63,903 bases of DNA, filler included, from Octopus bimaculoides (GCF_001194135.2; 8 parts of 6 records of this genome joined end to end with filler, not necessarily neighbours in it), one strand, 5' to 3'; shown: positions 26,012-40,588, counted from the whole stretch's first letter. Numbers and translations are program-made. The notes: generated from the letters alone by a model not told the origin.

Positions 26012-28131
26012 CAGAACGTTATCATGAATTTTTCCTTCTCTCGATGCCCCTCTTGAATCTATGAATTAAATTCCCTCCCAGATTTTAAATAAAATCTAAA
26101 ATATGATTTTAGTCTTTTTATTGAATATGAATTAGTCATATTATACAAAATATATATAATTTTATATGTAATCACATTATACAAAAAGTGAGATACTTGA
26201 CATTGCTTCTTAGCAAAACAAATTTTGTTATTGAATATGAATTTGTCACATTAATTAGTGATATACTTAACACTGGTTCTTAGCTACAGGTTCTTGAATG
26301 CATGGTTGAATGCCAGAGAGTGCACAATATAAGTCTCTTTCAACGTTCAGCCTGTTTCTGTACTTGGTCTTGACAGCAACGAGCGTGGTAAATGCAGTTT
26401 CACAAAAATGCGTAGATCCAAACAGCTAAAATCCGAAGAGCCTGATGTGAGATCAGAGGATAAACAAGAAGGTACTTGATCCAGAACGTTTCAAGATACA
26501 GTTCTATGCTGGGTTGAACTTCAGCTCAAGAAACTCTTCTTGCACTTCATCCAAAACAACAGTCACTTCACACTTAAATGGGTTCCTGATGAATTTCCAA
26601 TCTTCACGCTTTTTATCTACATCTTACTTGATCGAGAATTTGATCTTTGGTGTCTTGATCCTTCCCTTGACTGTATCGTTTGATAGTGAAATCTGGGAAA
26701 GCTTGTTTGTCCTATATTTTCCTAGAACACGATGAGTGATTATTTGTTTCTTTAACTCAGAATAAAGGTTACCGTGAATGAGAGCAGAATCCAAGTAACT
26801 AAAATTGGCTGTATTTTCCTGCTGAATTCGACATTTTCAGCGGTCGAGTTTGGCCATGAAAGATCGAATGGTGTCGTGGTGCGTGAGTATGTTAATGTTT
26901 TTCCCTTATAGTTTAAGGTCGAGAGCATTCAACGCTTCGAAGATGTCTACCAGGTAAGCTAGACATAGCTGAAAGCCTTCAGACTCGAACTTGTCATGGA
27001 GATCTGCCTTCTGTTGCAAATCTAGAAACATTGCTACTTCTCGTCGTTCAAAAGCCGTTCAAGCATGTCCCTCTTTGACAGCCAGCGCATGCATGTGTGA
27101 AAAAGCACTGCTTCATGTTCAGATTCCATATCTTTGAACAACAGTTTGAAAAGACGACTGTTTAAGGCTCAACCTTTAACAAAGTTGACAACCTTGATTG
27201 CCACGTTTAGGACATTTCTCATTTCAATAAGTAAGGTTTTGGATGCTAAGGCTTCACGATGAAGTATGCAGTGTGTACCTACAACACATGGATTTTTTTC
27301 TCTCATCCTAGTATTGAATCCAGACTGCAGACCAAGCATGGCTGGGACACACTCCTACCAGCGAATCCCATAAAAGTTAGTTTTCATGAACGAAGTTTGA
27401 TACATCATGAAAAATAGCTGCTGCTGTTGGTATCCATAGGGTGACAGAAGAACATTTCTTCTTTTACACAGTTGTCTGACACAAAACAAACATATACCAG
27501 TAGCTGAGAACGCTGAGTAATGTCAGTCGTTTCGTTACACTGGCTGGCAAAAACAGGAGAATCTCTTACTTGATCGAGAATTTGATCTTTGGTGTCTTGA
27601 TCCTTCCCTTGACTGTATCGTTTGATTGTGAAATCTGGGAAAGCTTGTTTGCCGTATATTTCCCCAGAACAGGTTCTGCTGCACGGAGTAGACTTGGTTC
27701 TATGAGAGACTCTCCGATGTTATGGCTCTTCTTGCTCTTTGCAATCAACATGGCGATCTCATAGGAAGCCTCAACAACCACTGAAATTTGTTGCCGAAAT
27801 GCCCCAATACCGTCCAACTTAGCTTGCTTCAAGGAATGTCTTTTTGTTTCAAAGAATGCCTTGGGTCTTGTCTGCAAGAGCAGGATGTGTTGTCTGAAAG
27901 TGGCGTTCCAAACGTGAGGGTCGCATTCCATCATTGCTCAAAGTTTTGTAACACACACTGTCTGTGTCACCCTTATGGAGGGACACGAATCTAAATCTAA
28001 TATATTCGTCAAGATACTTTCGTTTCTTTGCACTCCTTGAGAACTATTTGATGTGCAGTGGACAAAACAAATATGTGAACAAAAGATAAGGTACGTGTAA
28101 GGTAGTGTCAAGGCTCAAGTTAGAACGCTTG
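26012..28131 (-). pseudogene. Buster-family hAT transposon with decayed transposase (ZBED5/ZBED8/SCAND3-like)
   Basis: KRKYLDEYIRF..CYKTLSNDGMRPSRLERH (BED finger); ASYEIAMLIAKSKKSHNIGESLI; KLSQIS.SNDTVK; QCNETTDI; THCILHREALASK; WKFIRNPF; FTTLVAVKTKYRNRLNVE. Many stops; TIRs degenerate. Confidence 0.9.
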
Positions 28132-28763
28132 GAGTAAAAGGCTCTGAGAAAAATTTAAACCAAAAATTTGAAATAAAAGTTAAAAGAAAAGTTATACGAA
28201 AAATATGTATTATAAAATATTGTATTTATTTGTACGAAAATATGAAAAGAAGTTCTTTTAAAAAAGAAATGATTTTGCATAGCTTTTAGTTTTACCTAGT
28301 ACATTCTGTAATATTTAAATCTGAATTTTAGTTTAACATTTGGCTTTATACTATAACATATTTTGTTATTAAAAAATTTACTATATTTTTAACATAAACA
28401 TTTAATATTAAAAACTTTGGTTTTATTGTTAAAATCTTTTCTTTTTCCAATCCGTGTTTTAATTGTTTTGAGACTTTATCAAATTGAACGATAGTAGAAC
28501 CTATTACATACTTTTTCTTTTACTTGCTATTTTTAACTATATTATACTTTTCATCTTGCTAAAATTTAAAAATAGTTTTCAATTTTTAAAATTAAGTTAA
28601 TATTTCTTAGTATGTTACTATAATGAACTGATTATGTTACAGCATGTCTCTTGATTTTCAAGAATCACATTATTTCATGAACGAACTATGGATCAAATTT
28701 GTTTATAATCTATTAACAGAAAAAAGGTGTTTGTCTTTACACGATAATGCCTAAGCTTTATAC

Positions 28764-29132
28764 CAGTGTGTCTTAACCTAAGTCTTGCAAAATAAATAAA
28801 TAAATAAATAAATAAAATAAATAAATTACAAAATAATGGTAAATGTTAAAGCTACAATTCAGAATTAGTGAGGGTTTTGAGGGATATGAAGTGGGGTTAA
28901 TAAGTACAGAAAATGGTAAGCGGAGCTAAAACAGTGGAATAAGAAAACTAAAGGCATACGACAATACTTTTGCATTTTTCCATAAACTTCTCATTATTTG
29001 ACCATGCTCTCGTTAAGAAAATAACTAATGTAATTAGAGAAATACCTGCTTTTTTTCAAGGGCTCGCGCCCTCCTTGAAAATTGCTGACCCCTCAAACCC
29101 AGGGGACACACCCAGCAGGTTAAGAACCACTA
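28764..29132. mobile_element. Buster-type hAT MITE
   Basis: TIRs cagtgtgtcttaacct and aggttaagaaccacta; the left flank ctttatac fits NNNTANNN. Confidence 0.6.
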
Positions 29133-29544
29133 TCTAGAGATTTTATCATAATTACCAAGAGATACTTAAAAGTAGCTCCACTTAAGAAGGGGAGATCACC
29201 TCAAGAACCAAGAATTTTCTAAAATTAACATGTTAGTGACAAAACGCAGAGGCTTATTGTCTGGAGGTAACAGGACAGTCATAAATACTTTTCTAGCTCA
29301 GCAGCCGTCATCAACGCAATTGTCCGACTTTAACTCTTGTAGCCAAAGGACTAAGATTTATACAAAAAAGAATAGAAAACATTTCTCTCCAGGGAAATTT
29401 GCGTAATTTAAACGAAAATAGAGCTAACGGATATAATTCAAAGTGGCATGTACTTAACATACACAAATACAAGTGACAGCTAGCATACGACATAACTTGT
29501 TGACATAACTGTGTGTATACACGGAAAATACTAATATTGGTTTC

Positions 29545-29752
29545 AAATTTTGGTACAAGACTAGCAGTTTGGGAAGTGGAACCAAGTCGATTCAATTGAC
29601 CTCAGTGTTCAACTGATACTTATTTTATCTACCCGGAATGGATGAAAGACAAAGTCAACCTCTGTGGAATTTGAACTCAAGCGTAGAGATGGACGAATCG
29701 ATGTTAAACATTTTGCGAGGCGTGCTAACGATTCTGCCAGCACTTCACCTTA
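29545..29752 (-). mobile_element. Family B SINE
   Basis: gtcgattcaattgacctcag..ggatgaaagacaaagtcaacctctgtggaatttgaactc..gctaacgattctgccagc. Confidence 0.8.
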
Positions 29753-30362
29753 GTACGAATATCAATATTATAATGAATAATAATTTACACTCAAACACAA
29801 CATTGTATTTCAGTTGAGACACAGTTCCATCTATCAGCGGAGAAAAGAACTGTATAGACGTAACATTCTTAAATGATTGCATCCATAACACATTCTTATA
29901 CGAACCATTCCAGAAAATCGAGACCAATCACGCACAATCATCTTTTCATACAGACATATACAGACTATCTCAACACCTACGCAAAATCTATAAACCCAAA
30001 ACGTTTCACAACACCTTAAAGCACATATTCACATGGAAAACCAACCAACCCACGTGCACATTAATCTTTAACTTGCGCAAATTTACTGTAAACACGTCCA
30101 TGTGCAGTATGAAAGAAAGACAAAGAGCAACGTACACCATACAGTACATAAACATCCAATTGGATGCCGACACCCATCATAAAAAATAAGAACCAACAGT
30201 ATATAAACACGCACAATATCCTCCTTCTATATCTCTCTCCTCTCACATGTACACACGCACACACGTGCACATGCACACACACACACATGTATGTATGTAT
30301 GTATGTATGCATTATGTATGTGTGTGTATGTTTGTATGCATGTATGTTTGTGTGTGTGTATG

Positions 30363-30393
<31 letters not shown>

Positions 30394-30398
30394 CTATG

Positions 30399-30511
<113 letters not shown>

Positions 30512-30592
30512 ATATATATATATATGTATATANNNNNNNNNNNNNNNNNNNNNNNATATATATATATATATGGATAGATAGATAGATGGATG

Positions 30593-30646
<54 letters not shown>

Positions 30647-31399
30647 CGTAGATGTTATGCGCGCATCACCCACACACACACTCATCAATATAAAATATAT
30701 ACAATTCGGCCTCAAAAACAGACAGTTATCCTAACACCCTGTAAGCACATTCAAAAAATAAAGAAACAAACATCTTAAAACAGGTAATAAAAACTGACAG
30801 CATACACGCACATGCAGTAATAAATATATAACATATGACGACATAGACACGGTACAACAACATGCGCACGCAAAACATAATGACATACACGTACAATGGC
30901 AATATGTTAATGTACAAAAATGCAAACAGCAAATTCATACGCACTCATATTCAACTTAGACATAAATTCATTCTCACGCACTGTAAATATACACATAGAA
31001 ACACTGCAAACATAAAACAAGACAGGCCTCGTATTTAGTATAACTTATACGTTATATAGTATGTTATGTGAACCAGTGATTCATTCGTTGGGACACTATT
31101 TGAACACAAATACCGAATAAAAAAAAATTATTGATAAGAAAAACCGATGAAATTACAAGCACACATATTTTAAGTTTGCACACACGCTCACACGAAATCA
31201 TAGTGAACAAGAACCAACTCTCACATACGCTCAAATTTACATATAATTACAACAAATATAGACGGACAAATATGCTCACGACTATAAGAGCAAACAGTCA
31301 CACACTCCAAATCATGAATTCTACTATAAAAAATACTGACAAGCTGGCAAACAATAAACGAGAATACAAACAAAATTATACACCTTATAGCTATGTGAT

Positions 31400-31521
31400 C
31401 AAGAAGCTCGCTTAGCGACCACAAGGTTTCGGGTTCGGTCCCACTAAGAAGCATCTTGGTCAAGTGTCTTTCATTGTAGCTCCGGCTGAATTTGACAGAT
31501 GGAAACTGTTTAAGCCTGTTA

Positions 31522-31562
<41 letters not shown>

Positions 31563-31750
31563 GTCTGTCTGTCAGTCTTTCTGTCTGTCTGTTTATCTAC
31601 CTATCTATCTGTGTGTCTGTGTGTGTGTGTGTGTGTGTACCAGTGTCCGTGCATGCATGTGTGTGCGTCTTTCTATGTGTTTGTTGCCCACCACTGCTTG
31701 ACAACTGGCGTGAGTTTATGTTCTTGTAAATTACCGGTTCGCTCAAAAGA
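31400..31750 (+). mobile_element. Family A SINE, diverged, with expanded internal (TCTA)n/(GT)n
   Basis: Head aagaagctcgcttagcgaccacaaggtttcgggttcggtcccact..cttggtcaagtgtct; tail ccaccactgcttgacaactgg. Confidence 0.6.
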
Positions 31751-31772
31751 ACGATGAATAGACTTATATATA

Positions 31773-32170
31773 TTGGGTCATCCCATAAATAATGCGTTTT
31801 TTTTCAATTGCATGAACTAAAAGTCGGAAGGGGACGGGATAAACTACTTCCATCAACTTGCTATAAAAAACAGGTAGTAATTTTACCTTGTGCTTATTCC
31901 TAGTGCAAGTTTTGAAGAGTGCAGTACGATTTTAATAGCTATTTTTTCAAATCTCTAATGGAAGTGACAAAGGAGCATATCTGGCATATTTTACCTTATG
32001 AGTTCAATAAAGGCAGCAATGGAACGGAAAGTGCGAGGAATATTAATATAGTATATGGGGATCGGAAAATAAATGTAAGCCAGTGTCAGCGGTAGTTTCA
32101 GGAATTCCGAGCCGGAAACTACAGCCTAGAAGACGAGCCACGTCCTGGAAGATCTGTAGGGCTCGACAAA
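31773..32170 (+). mobile_element. Mariner 5' fragment (TIR plus transposase N-terminus)
   Basis: TA-ttgggtcatcccataaataatgcg; from 31958, MEVTKEHIWHILPYEFNKGSNGTESARNINIVYGDRKINVSQCQR*FQEFRAGNYSLEDEPRPGRS. Confidence 0.85.
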
Positions 32171-33079
32171 CAAAAATAGTTATTTTTACTTTGTAACATT
32201 TGCAGAGACCCACATATTCAATGGAGGAGTGTTTAGTCGATTAAATTGGTAACTGGTGTTAACTGTTATTGCTGATTTCAATCGATAGATCCCCAACATA
32301 ACTAAATCCTTCTACTTATTAACACCACTCGGATTGATTTCACCCTGTTGCTTCTTCATAATCATTACATTGCTGCCATTGCATTGTTGTTTTAGTGTCT
32401 CGGTAAGTATATTTAGACCAGTCAAGTACCGAATCAATTAGATCGAATATCATATACTCCGAAATATATAACACTGTGCGTATTTAAAAATAAATGGAGA
32501 CAAAACTCAATGCTTTGTAGCTGTCATTTGTCCGAGTGATCTTTTGCTTTCGGTCTTCTTTTTAATCTTGTTTTATATATTTATTCCGCTTCAATAGATT
32601 TTGAACTGTTGAGCTTCTTTATGTAAAGCCAAGTGGAATATCAATTTCCTATCATTCTCCTAAGTGAAGTATGGCGGAGGGTGCATGTTACTGAGTGTGG
32701 TATCTGTGTGCAGTAGTGTTAGAGTGTGTGTGTGCGTGTGTATGTTTGTGAGAGAGTGATGAATGCATGAAGATTACAATTGTTATTCGTGTAAGCATAT
32801 TAATAAAAGTATGCTTGACGTAAATACATGTATCATCAACAAGGGTAGGTATATTTATTTACCATCAATAAGGGCACGTATATTCATTTATCGACACGAC
32901 ATGTATCATCAATAAGGCTAGGTATATTTATTTATTAACCAACCACTTGGGTTATCCCAGAAATGGCTGTATGACTTCATATTCATCTTACCCTAATTAC
33001 ATTATTCTAAATGACTGGAGATGCTCGTTCTGCCTTGGATTTGATTTTTCCTCATAATATATATATATATATATATATA

Positions 33080-33300
33080 TTCTCTTTTACTCTTTTACTT
33101 GTTTCAGTCACTTGACTATGGCCATGCTGGAGTACCGCCTTTAGTTGGGCAAATCGTCCCCAGGACTTATTCTTTGTAAGCCTTGTACTTATTCTATCGG
33201 TTTATTTTGCCGAACCGCTAAGTTACAGGAACGTAAACACACCAGCAACGGTTGACAAGCGATGGTAGGAGGACAAGCACAGACACACAAATATATATAT
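33080..33300 (-). mobile_element. Family A SINE, 3' half
   Basis: ttttacttgtttcagtcacttgactatggccatgctggagtaccgcc..gccgaaccgctaagttac..; ends in an AT repeat at a spacer. Confidence 0.85.
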
Positions 33301-33307
33301 ATATATA

Positions 33308-33407
33308 NNNNNNNNNNNNNNNNNNNNNNNNNNNNNNNNNNNNNNNNNNNNTTAATTAATTAANNNNNNNNNNNNNNNNNNNNNNNNNNNNNNNNNNNNN
33401 NNNNNNN
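33308..33407. other. Artificial scaffold spacer
   Basis: N44-TTAATTAATTAA-N44. Confidence 0.97.
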
Positions 33408-34240
33408 TATATATATATATATATATATCATACGCATACGTAAATGCTTGGAAGTCACGCACACAGTACCACACACGCGCTGGCTCATACACACATATAC
33501 ATAAGCATACATTATCCTCACAGTTGTAACACTCGCCACCCTTGTCTCCAACGAATACCTCCTTCCTTCCGGTCAATTCAACATGATCCACCATTACTCC
33601 AGACACGACGTTATTCTCATTGCATTTCCCCTTCTCTCTCTGTTTTCTCTTCTCATTCCTTTCTGCACAAGAGCGTAGGCACGAAACGTCAGCGACGCTT
33701 CCACTTATAATAAGTGCGAAATTGATACATCTTATTTTGATTAATACACCCTCAACTGTCTTGCTTTGTTTTTTATTTTTTGTACATTTTGAACGGTATA
33801 TATGTCTCAAAAGAAGGCAAAACGCGTCCTAGTATAAGGGACAAGGAGAAAAAGGTGACATTGAGAGAAAGAAAATGAATTTTCTTTGAACTTCAAAAAG
33901 TACAGGTTATGAGGAAGAAAGCATTCAAATGAAAGAGAGTTCCGTCATATATATACATATATACGTGCGTGTGTGTGCTGATGTGCACGCGCGAGCGTTC
34001 GTGTGTGTGTGAGTGTGTGTGTATGTATATATATATATATATATGCAAATATATAGGTCTACATATATATATATATATTTATTTATAAATATATATATAT
34101 ACGTAATCTATGCACATAAATATAAATATATGTATATACGTATACGTATATATATGTATAAACATACATATATAGAAATAGATATATGTGTTCATATACT
34201 TATAAACATTAATGTACTTATAAATTTATATGAACGTACA

Positions 34241-34291
<51 letters not shown>

Positions 34292-34686
34292 NNNNNNNNN
34301 NNNNNNNNNNNNNNNNNNNNNNNNNNNNNNNNNNNNNNNNNNNNNNNNNNNNNNNNNNNNNNNNNNNNNNNNNNNNNNNNNNNNNNNNNNNNNNNNNNNN
34401 NNNNNNNNNNNNNNNNNNNNNNNNNNNNNNNNNNNNNNNNNNNNNNNNNNNNNNNNNNNNNNNNNNNNNNNNNNNNNNNNNNNNNNNNNNNNNNNNNNNN
34501 NNNNNNNNNNNNNNNNNNNNNNNNNNNNNNNNNNNNNNNNNNNNNNNNNNNNNNNNNNNNNNNNNNNNNNNNNNNNNNNNNNNNNNNNNNNNNNNNNNNN
34601 NNNNNNNNNNNNNNNNNNNNNNNNNNNNNNNNNNNNNNNNNNNNNNNNNNNNNNNNNNNNNNNNNNNNNNNNNNNNNNNNNNNNNN

Positions 34687-34742
<56 letters not shown>

Positions 34743-35531
34743 GTATGTATTTAAGATTATGTCTATATATGTTTGGTCTCGTTTTTTTGGTTTCGTTAGA
34801 TATTTTGGCTTTGGTAAATTCTTCAGTTCTTCAGTGGAATGAAGTAGGGATAAAAGAGTGGCGTGAGCGAGACTTAGCACGTTGAAGAATCTAAGAGGAT
34901 ACTGTATAATTCCAATGCAGACAGCAAGTCTTCGCTCTATTCATGTATATTGTTGACACGGAATTAGCGAAGAACCGTTTTCAAAAACTACAAGATCTTC
35001 ATGACGTAAAGTAGGTAAAAAATGGGACGAAGATCTGTTGTGTGTATGTTTTTTTACGTGTTAGGTGTTGTCGAATCATGTACGTGTATGTACGTGTTTG
35101 TGCGCATGTGCGTCTCTGTGTTTGTGTGTGTAGTGCTTTGGTGTGTACTTGTGCGTGTGGGTGCGGCTATGTTTGTGAAGGGTGTGTGAGAGTGTGTGAC
35201 GTCATTTTAACTTCATGTGTTTGGATTTGTTTTGGTCATTGTGCTGTCTCCCTTTCCGCTCCTTCCATTGCCTCTCTCTGTATATACACGTGTGCGCGCG
35301 GGAACACCAACTCACTCACACACATGTACGTACACACACACCTATATATATTTATATGTGTGCATATGTAAACATAAGTATGCATATATATGAATATGTA
35401 CATATATCTAACTTATGTGTGCGTAGATATGTATATATGCATATATATTATATGTTCTATAAATAATAGAATATATAAATGTATATATATATATATATGT
35501 GTGTGTATGTGCGTGTGTATGTATTTGTGTT

Positions 35532-35567
<36 letters not shown>

Positions 35568-35792
35568 CTCTTGAAGTGTGTGTACTTATGTATATTTCAC
35601 TATTTGCGTATGCGTTTTTGAATGTTGATTTTGTTTTTATTTGTCATGTGATTGCTTTCAAAATATGAAGAATATTTTACAAGAAATATTAAATAGAAGC
35701 CGACTGAATAACGGGGAAAATATTATAGAAGGACAAGAGACAAATCGCAAGGGAAATATGTTTTACATACATACGTACATACATACATACAT

Positions 35793-35824
<32 letters not shown>

Positions 35825-35971
35825 CCACACACACACATATATATATATATATGAATATTTACACATATTTAAATATGGTGTGTATANNNNNNNNNNNNNN
35901 NNNNNNNNNNNNNNNNNNNNNNNNNNNNNNNNNNNNNNNNNNNNNNNNNNNNNNNNNNNNNNNNNNNNNNN

Positions 35972-36004
<33 letters not shown>

Positions 36005-36664
36005 TATTTAAAATTATATTCGGGGTATAAACCCTGTGGTATGTGGTGTTAAGCACTTCCACACTTATTGGCTATCTGATGTCAATATCAGCAGTGATCC
36101 GTATGCTACTGTATTTACTTGAGGAATTCCTTGGTGTTCGTGGGGTTTACAGAGAAGATTAGACAACTGGCAAATCATAGATATATACATTACAGGAAGC
36201 AAAGTGATATATTAGCAAATGCGAAAACGACACCATACGCTTATATCGGATATCGGACATGAAAAAATCTTGTTTATTACACGTGTCCTGTTATGATTGG
36301 ACATATACTGTTATTGTAATATTATGTTATTCCTCACACTAAATTAAGTAAATATATCGAAATTGTTGCTGTTATCGGACATCTTGGCAGCGTCAAGCTT
36401 TCTTTTTTTTTTTTTTTTGGTGACATCGCGGTAAAGAAATAAAGCAATACCAGTTATGAATGATGGATTGTCAAACCAATAAAGCGGTCAATAGAACAAA
36501 TATAGCGGGGTGGAATGCTAATATATGGTGGGTCTTCGTCGCTTGTCGATGAGGATTCAATTATTTGGTAAATTGTATAACCCGGTCTTGAATTAACGTG
36601 TATGAGGCTAAGCATTTCAAAGATACAAATTAGCGTAATTTTCACGTACAGTTAGTGGTACGCA

Positions 36665-36880
36665 TATTTGTGACATGACTTTCCGATTTGAAATACAGGT
36701 ACAATTCACCAAAAATGGCTTCTACACTGTTCCACAAAGTTCAGTTTGATACTCAACATCGCGCTTGACCCAAGCTTATAGTTAATGGCATTTGTCCAAT
36801 AAAAATCCTTGTGGGATCGAACTCCAAATCTTGTCGTTCCAAAGAAAACTACTTAAGCGTTCGGCAATACACCACTTACA
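36665..36880 (-). mobile_element. Degenerate tRNA-derived SINE
   Basis: Reverse complement has tgccgaacgcttaag..ggagttcgatccca (A-box-like and B-box-like) and the motif ttgaaatacaggtac shared with the family C copy at 57298. Confidence 0.5.
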
Positions 36881-37062
36881 CGTGTATATGAAACAATATA
36901 TGTATGTATGTACGTAAACATTATGTACGTACATTATGTACATACACGCGTATCCTTAATTATGTTGAAATGTATGTGTACGTATGTAGGTGTATATAAA
37001 CATATTTACATGTACGTACACATATATGTATGTAAATGCATGCCCGTGGGTATATATATATT

Positions 37063-37112
<50 letters not shown>

Positions 37113-38254
37113 CATATTCATTTGTAAGGATGTATGCACACACATTTATTTGCAAATATAGAAACATACCTACATATATACATACAAACCTACATACACA
37201 CATACACATAAATACCTACAATATGAGGACATGATGCATGTAAATATTAATACAAACATAGAACTATATGAAAACCGAACGACTCACTAAAAACAGTAGG
37301 TAGTTTCCAGATAAAGATATAGGGGAACCGGCCAGCAGCCATATCATTAGTTGGAACTAGACGTCAGCAGAATCACAGCAGCTGAATTCTTTAGTGGTTA
37401 TAGGACGTATTATCTAAAATATCTTTTTTTTTTGGTTGTTGTCGTTTTTTGGTTTCCCAGTCTGTCACACATTACCGCCCATTACCCCACATACACATAC
37501 AAAGACACATACATATATAAACACACATATTTTTATGTATGTGCGTGTATGTAGATAAGTGANNNNNNNNNNNNNNNNNNNNNNNNNNNNNNNNNNNNNN
37601 NNNNNNNNNNNNNNNNNNNNNNNNNNNNNNNNNNNNNNNNNNNNNNNNNNNNNNNNNNNNNNNNNNNNNNNNNNNNNNNNNNNNNNNNNNNNNNNNNNNN
37701 NNNNNNNNNNNNNNNNNNNNNNNNNNNNNNNNNNNNNNNNNNNNNNNNNNNNNNNNNNNNNNNNNNNNNNNNNNNNNNNNNNNNNNNNNNNNNNNNNNNN
37801 NNNNNNNNNNNNNNNNNNNNNNNNNNNNNNNNNNNNNNNNNNNNNNNNNNNNNNNNNNNNNNNNNNNNNNNNNNNNNNNNNNNNNNNNNNNNNNNNNNNN
37901 NNNNNNNNNNNNNNNNNNNNNNNNNNNNNNNNNNNNNNNNNNNNNNNNNNNNNNNNNNNNNNNNNNNNNNNNNNNNNNNNNNNNNNNNNNNNNNNNNNNN
38001 NNNNNNNNNNNNNNNNNNNNNNNNNNNNNNNNNNNNNNNNNNNNNNNNNNNNNNNNNNNNNNNNNNNNNNNNNNNNNNNNNNNNNNNNNNNNNNNNNNNN
38101 NNNNNNNNNNNNNNNNNNNNNNNNNNNNNNNNNNNNNNNNNNNNNNNNNNNNNNNNNNNNNNNNNNNNNNNNNNNNNNNNNNNNNNNNNNNNNNNNNNNN
38201 NNNNNNNNNNNNNNNNNNNNNNNNNNNNNNNNNNNNNNNNNNNNNNNNGCTATA

Positions 38255-38307
<53 letters not shown>

Positions 38308-39146
38308 ATACGTTTTGGCGTACGTATGACGAGGGAACATATTGCCAGCAAAGTAATACGAATACGTAGATGTACGTACGACAAAGCAATTCAAGGTTTT
38401 ATTATACAGACGACTATCAAGGAATATGACGTGGGTTTGGCTGTGTACATACGAAGTTCGCTTCGAAATCCCATGATTTTAAGATCAGTATCCAAATTCA
38501 GTGCAAGTGTCTTTTAGCATAGCCGTGGACCGACGAATACATTGGGAATTATATTGGTGGAAGGAAACTGGAAGGAAACCCTTCATAATACATACATGCA
38601 CAACCACATGTATACGCATATTTATATATGTATGCGATGATTTTTGTGAAGCGACGTCGATTTATACAATTCGCCACCTGGAAATTTTTTCTCGTCCTCT
38701 AAAGGTACTTACTCAAATTTCTAGGCTGTTTTCACAGTTCTTCCCCGCTTGAAATTTACTTTATCTTCTGTCAAACATAAATCCACATATAAGCATAAGC
38801 TCAGCAAGAATGAGAAGTAAATATATATTTAGTTAACCACGATAGGCCCATGCTATTACAGCCATTTCTCAACCTTCTTCATGTGGTATAGTATCTAGTA
38901 TTGAAACAGTTACGCAAAAGATTACTTTGTGAACTGATAGCCGAGTCTGTAAAAAGTGATTTCAGTGATAGCAGCATGATCTCTGAATCCACATTTTATA
39001 CTACTCATTTCTACCTGCCTACCTACCTACTTACCTACCTACCTACCTACCTACCTACCTACCTACCTACCTACCTACCTACCTACCTGCTTACCTACCT
39101 ACCTACCTACCTACCTACCTACCTACCTACCTACCTACCTACCTAC

Positions 39147-39215
<69 letters not shown>

Positions 39216-39555
39216 NNNNNNNNNNNNNNNNNNNNNNNNNNNNNNNNNNNNNNNNNNNNNNNNNNNNNNNNNNNNNNNNNNNNNNNNNNNNNNNNNNNNN
39301 NNNNNNNNNNNNNNNNNNNNNNNNNNNNNNNNNNNNNNNNNNNNNNNNNNNNNNNNNNNNNNNNNNNNNNNNNNNNNNNNNNNNNNNNNNNNNNNNNNNN
39401 NNNNNNNNNNNNNNNNNNNNNNNNNNNNNNNNNNNNNNNNNNNNNNNNNNNNNNNNNNNNNNNNNNNNNNNNNNNNNNNNNNNNNNNNNNNNNNNNNNNN
39501 NNNNNNNNNNNNNNNNNNNNNNNNNNNNNNNNNNNNNNNNNNNNNNCCTACCTAC

Positions 39556-39624
<69 letters not shown>

Positions 39625-39755
39625 AATGATTCTATTTGTCTATCTATCAATCAATGTATTTATCTAACAATCAATCAATCTGTTTGTCTGTCAATCTATC
39701 TATCTGTCTATCTATCAATGTATCTTTCTGTCTATCTATCAATCTACCTTTCTGT

Positions 39756-39814
<59 letters not shown>

Positions 39815-40152
39815 CCCGTCTTTCTATTTGTGTGACCGTCCGTCTGTTTATCTGTGTGTCTGTGCGTCCGTATGTGCGTGTGTGTGTGTGTGTGTGTGCG
39901 CGCACGCATGCGTGTCTGTGTGCCAACATATACTCTCATATCTGTATATGAATATGCTTCTTTATGGTTCTAGGTAGCACTACCTGAATATAGACTTATG
40001 TAAATGAGCGTTGAAGCAGCAGATTTCAAGTATTAATGGAACCATAAAAAATACTTGTCTATTTTTATGCCATATCTTGTACATCATATATGCGACAATT
40101 CGAGAAGGCATAGCAAGCTACATATATGCACACACACACACACACAAACACA

Positions 40153-40223
<71 letters not shown>

Positions 40224-40263
40224 ATATACATATGTATATAAATCTATATGAATATTTATATTC

Positions 40264-40295
<32 letters not shown>

Positions 40296-40451
40296 ATTTA
40301 TCAACCCGTATGTATATATCTAAATATATGTATATGTGTGTATATAAGCATATATATATAAACATATGTATATATGCACATATATATATATACATGCATA
40401 TATATGTATATAAATACATATATATACTTATATATACACACATATGTATAT

Positions 40452-40482
<31 letters not shown>

Positions 40483-40495
40483 TATCTTCATTTAC

Positions 40496-40526
<31 letters not shown>

Positions 40527-40553
40527 CATACATATACATACACACACACACAT

Positions 40554-40588
<35 letters not shown>

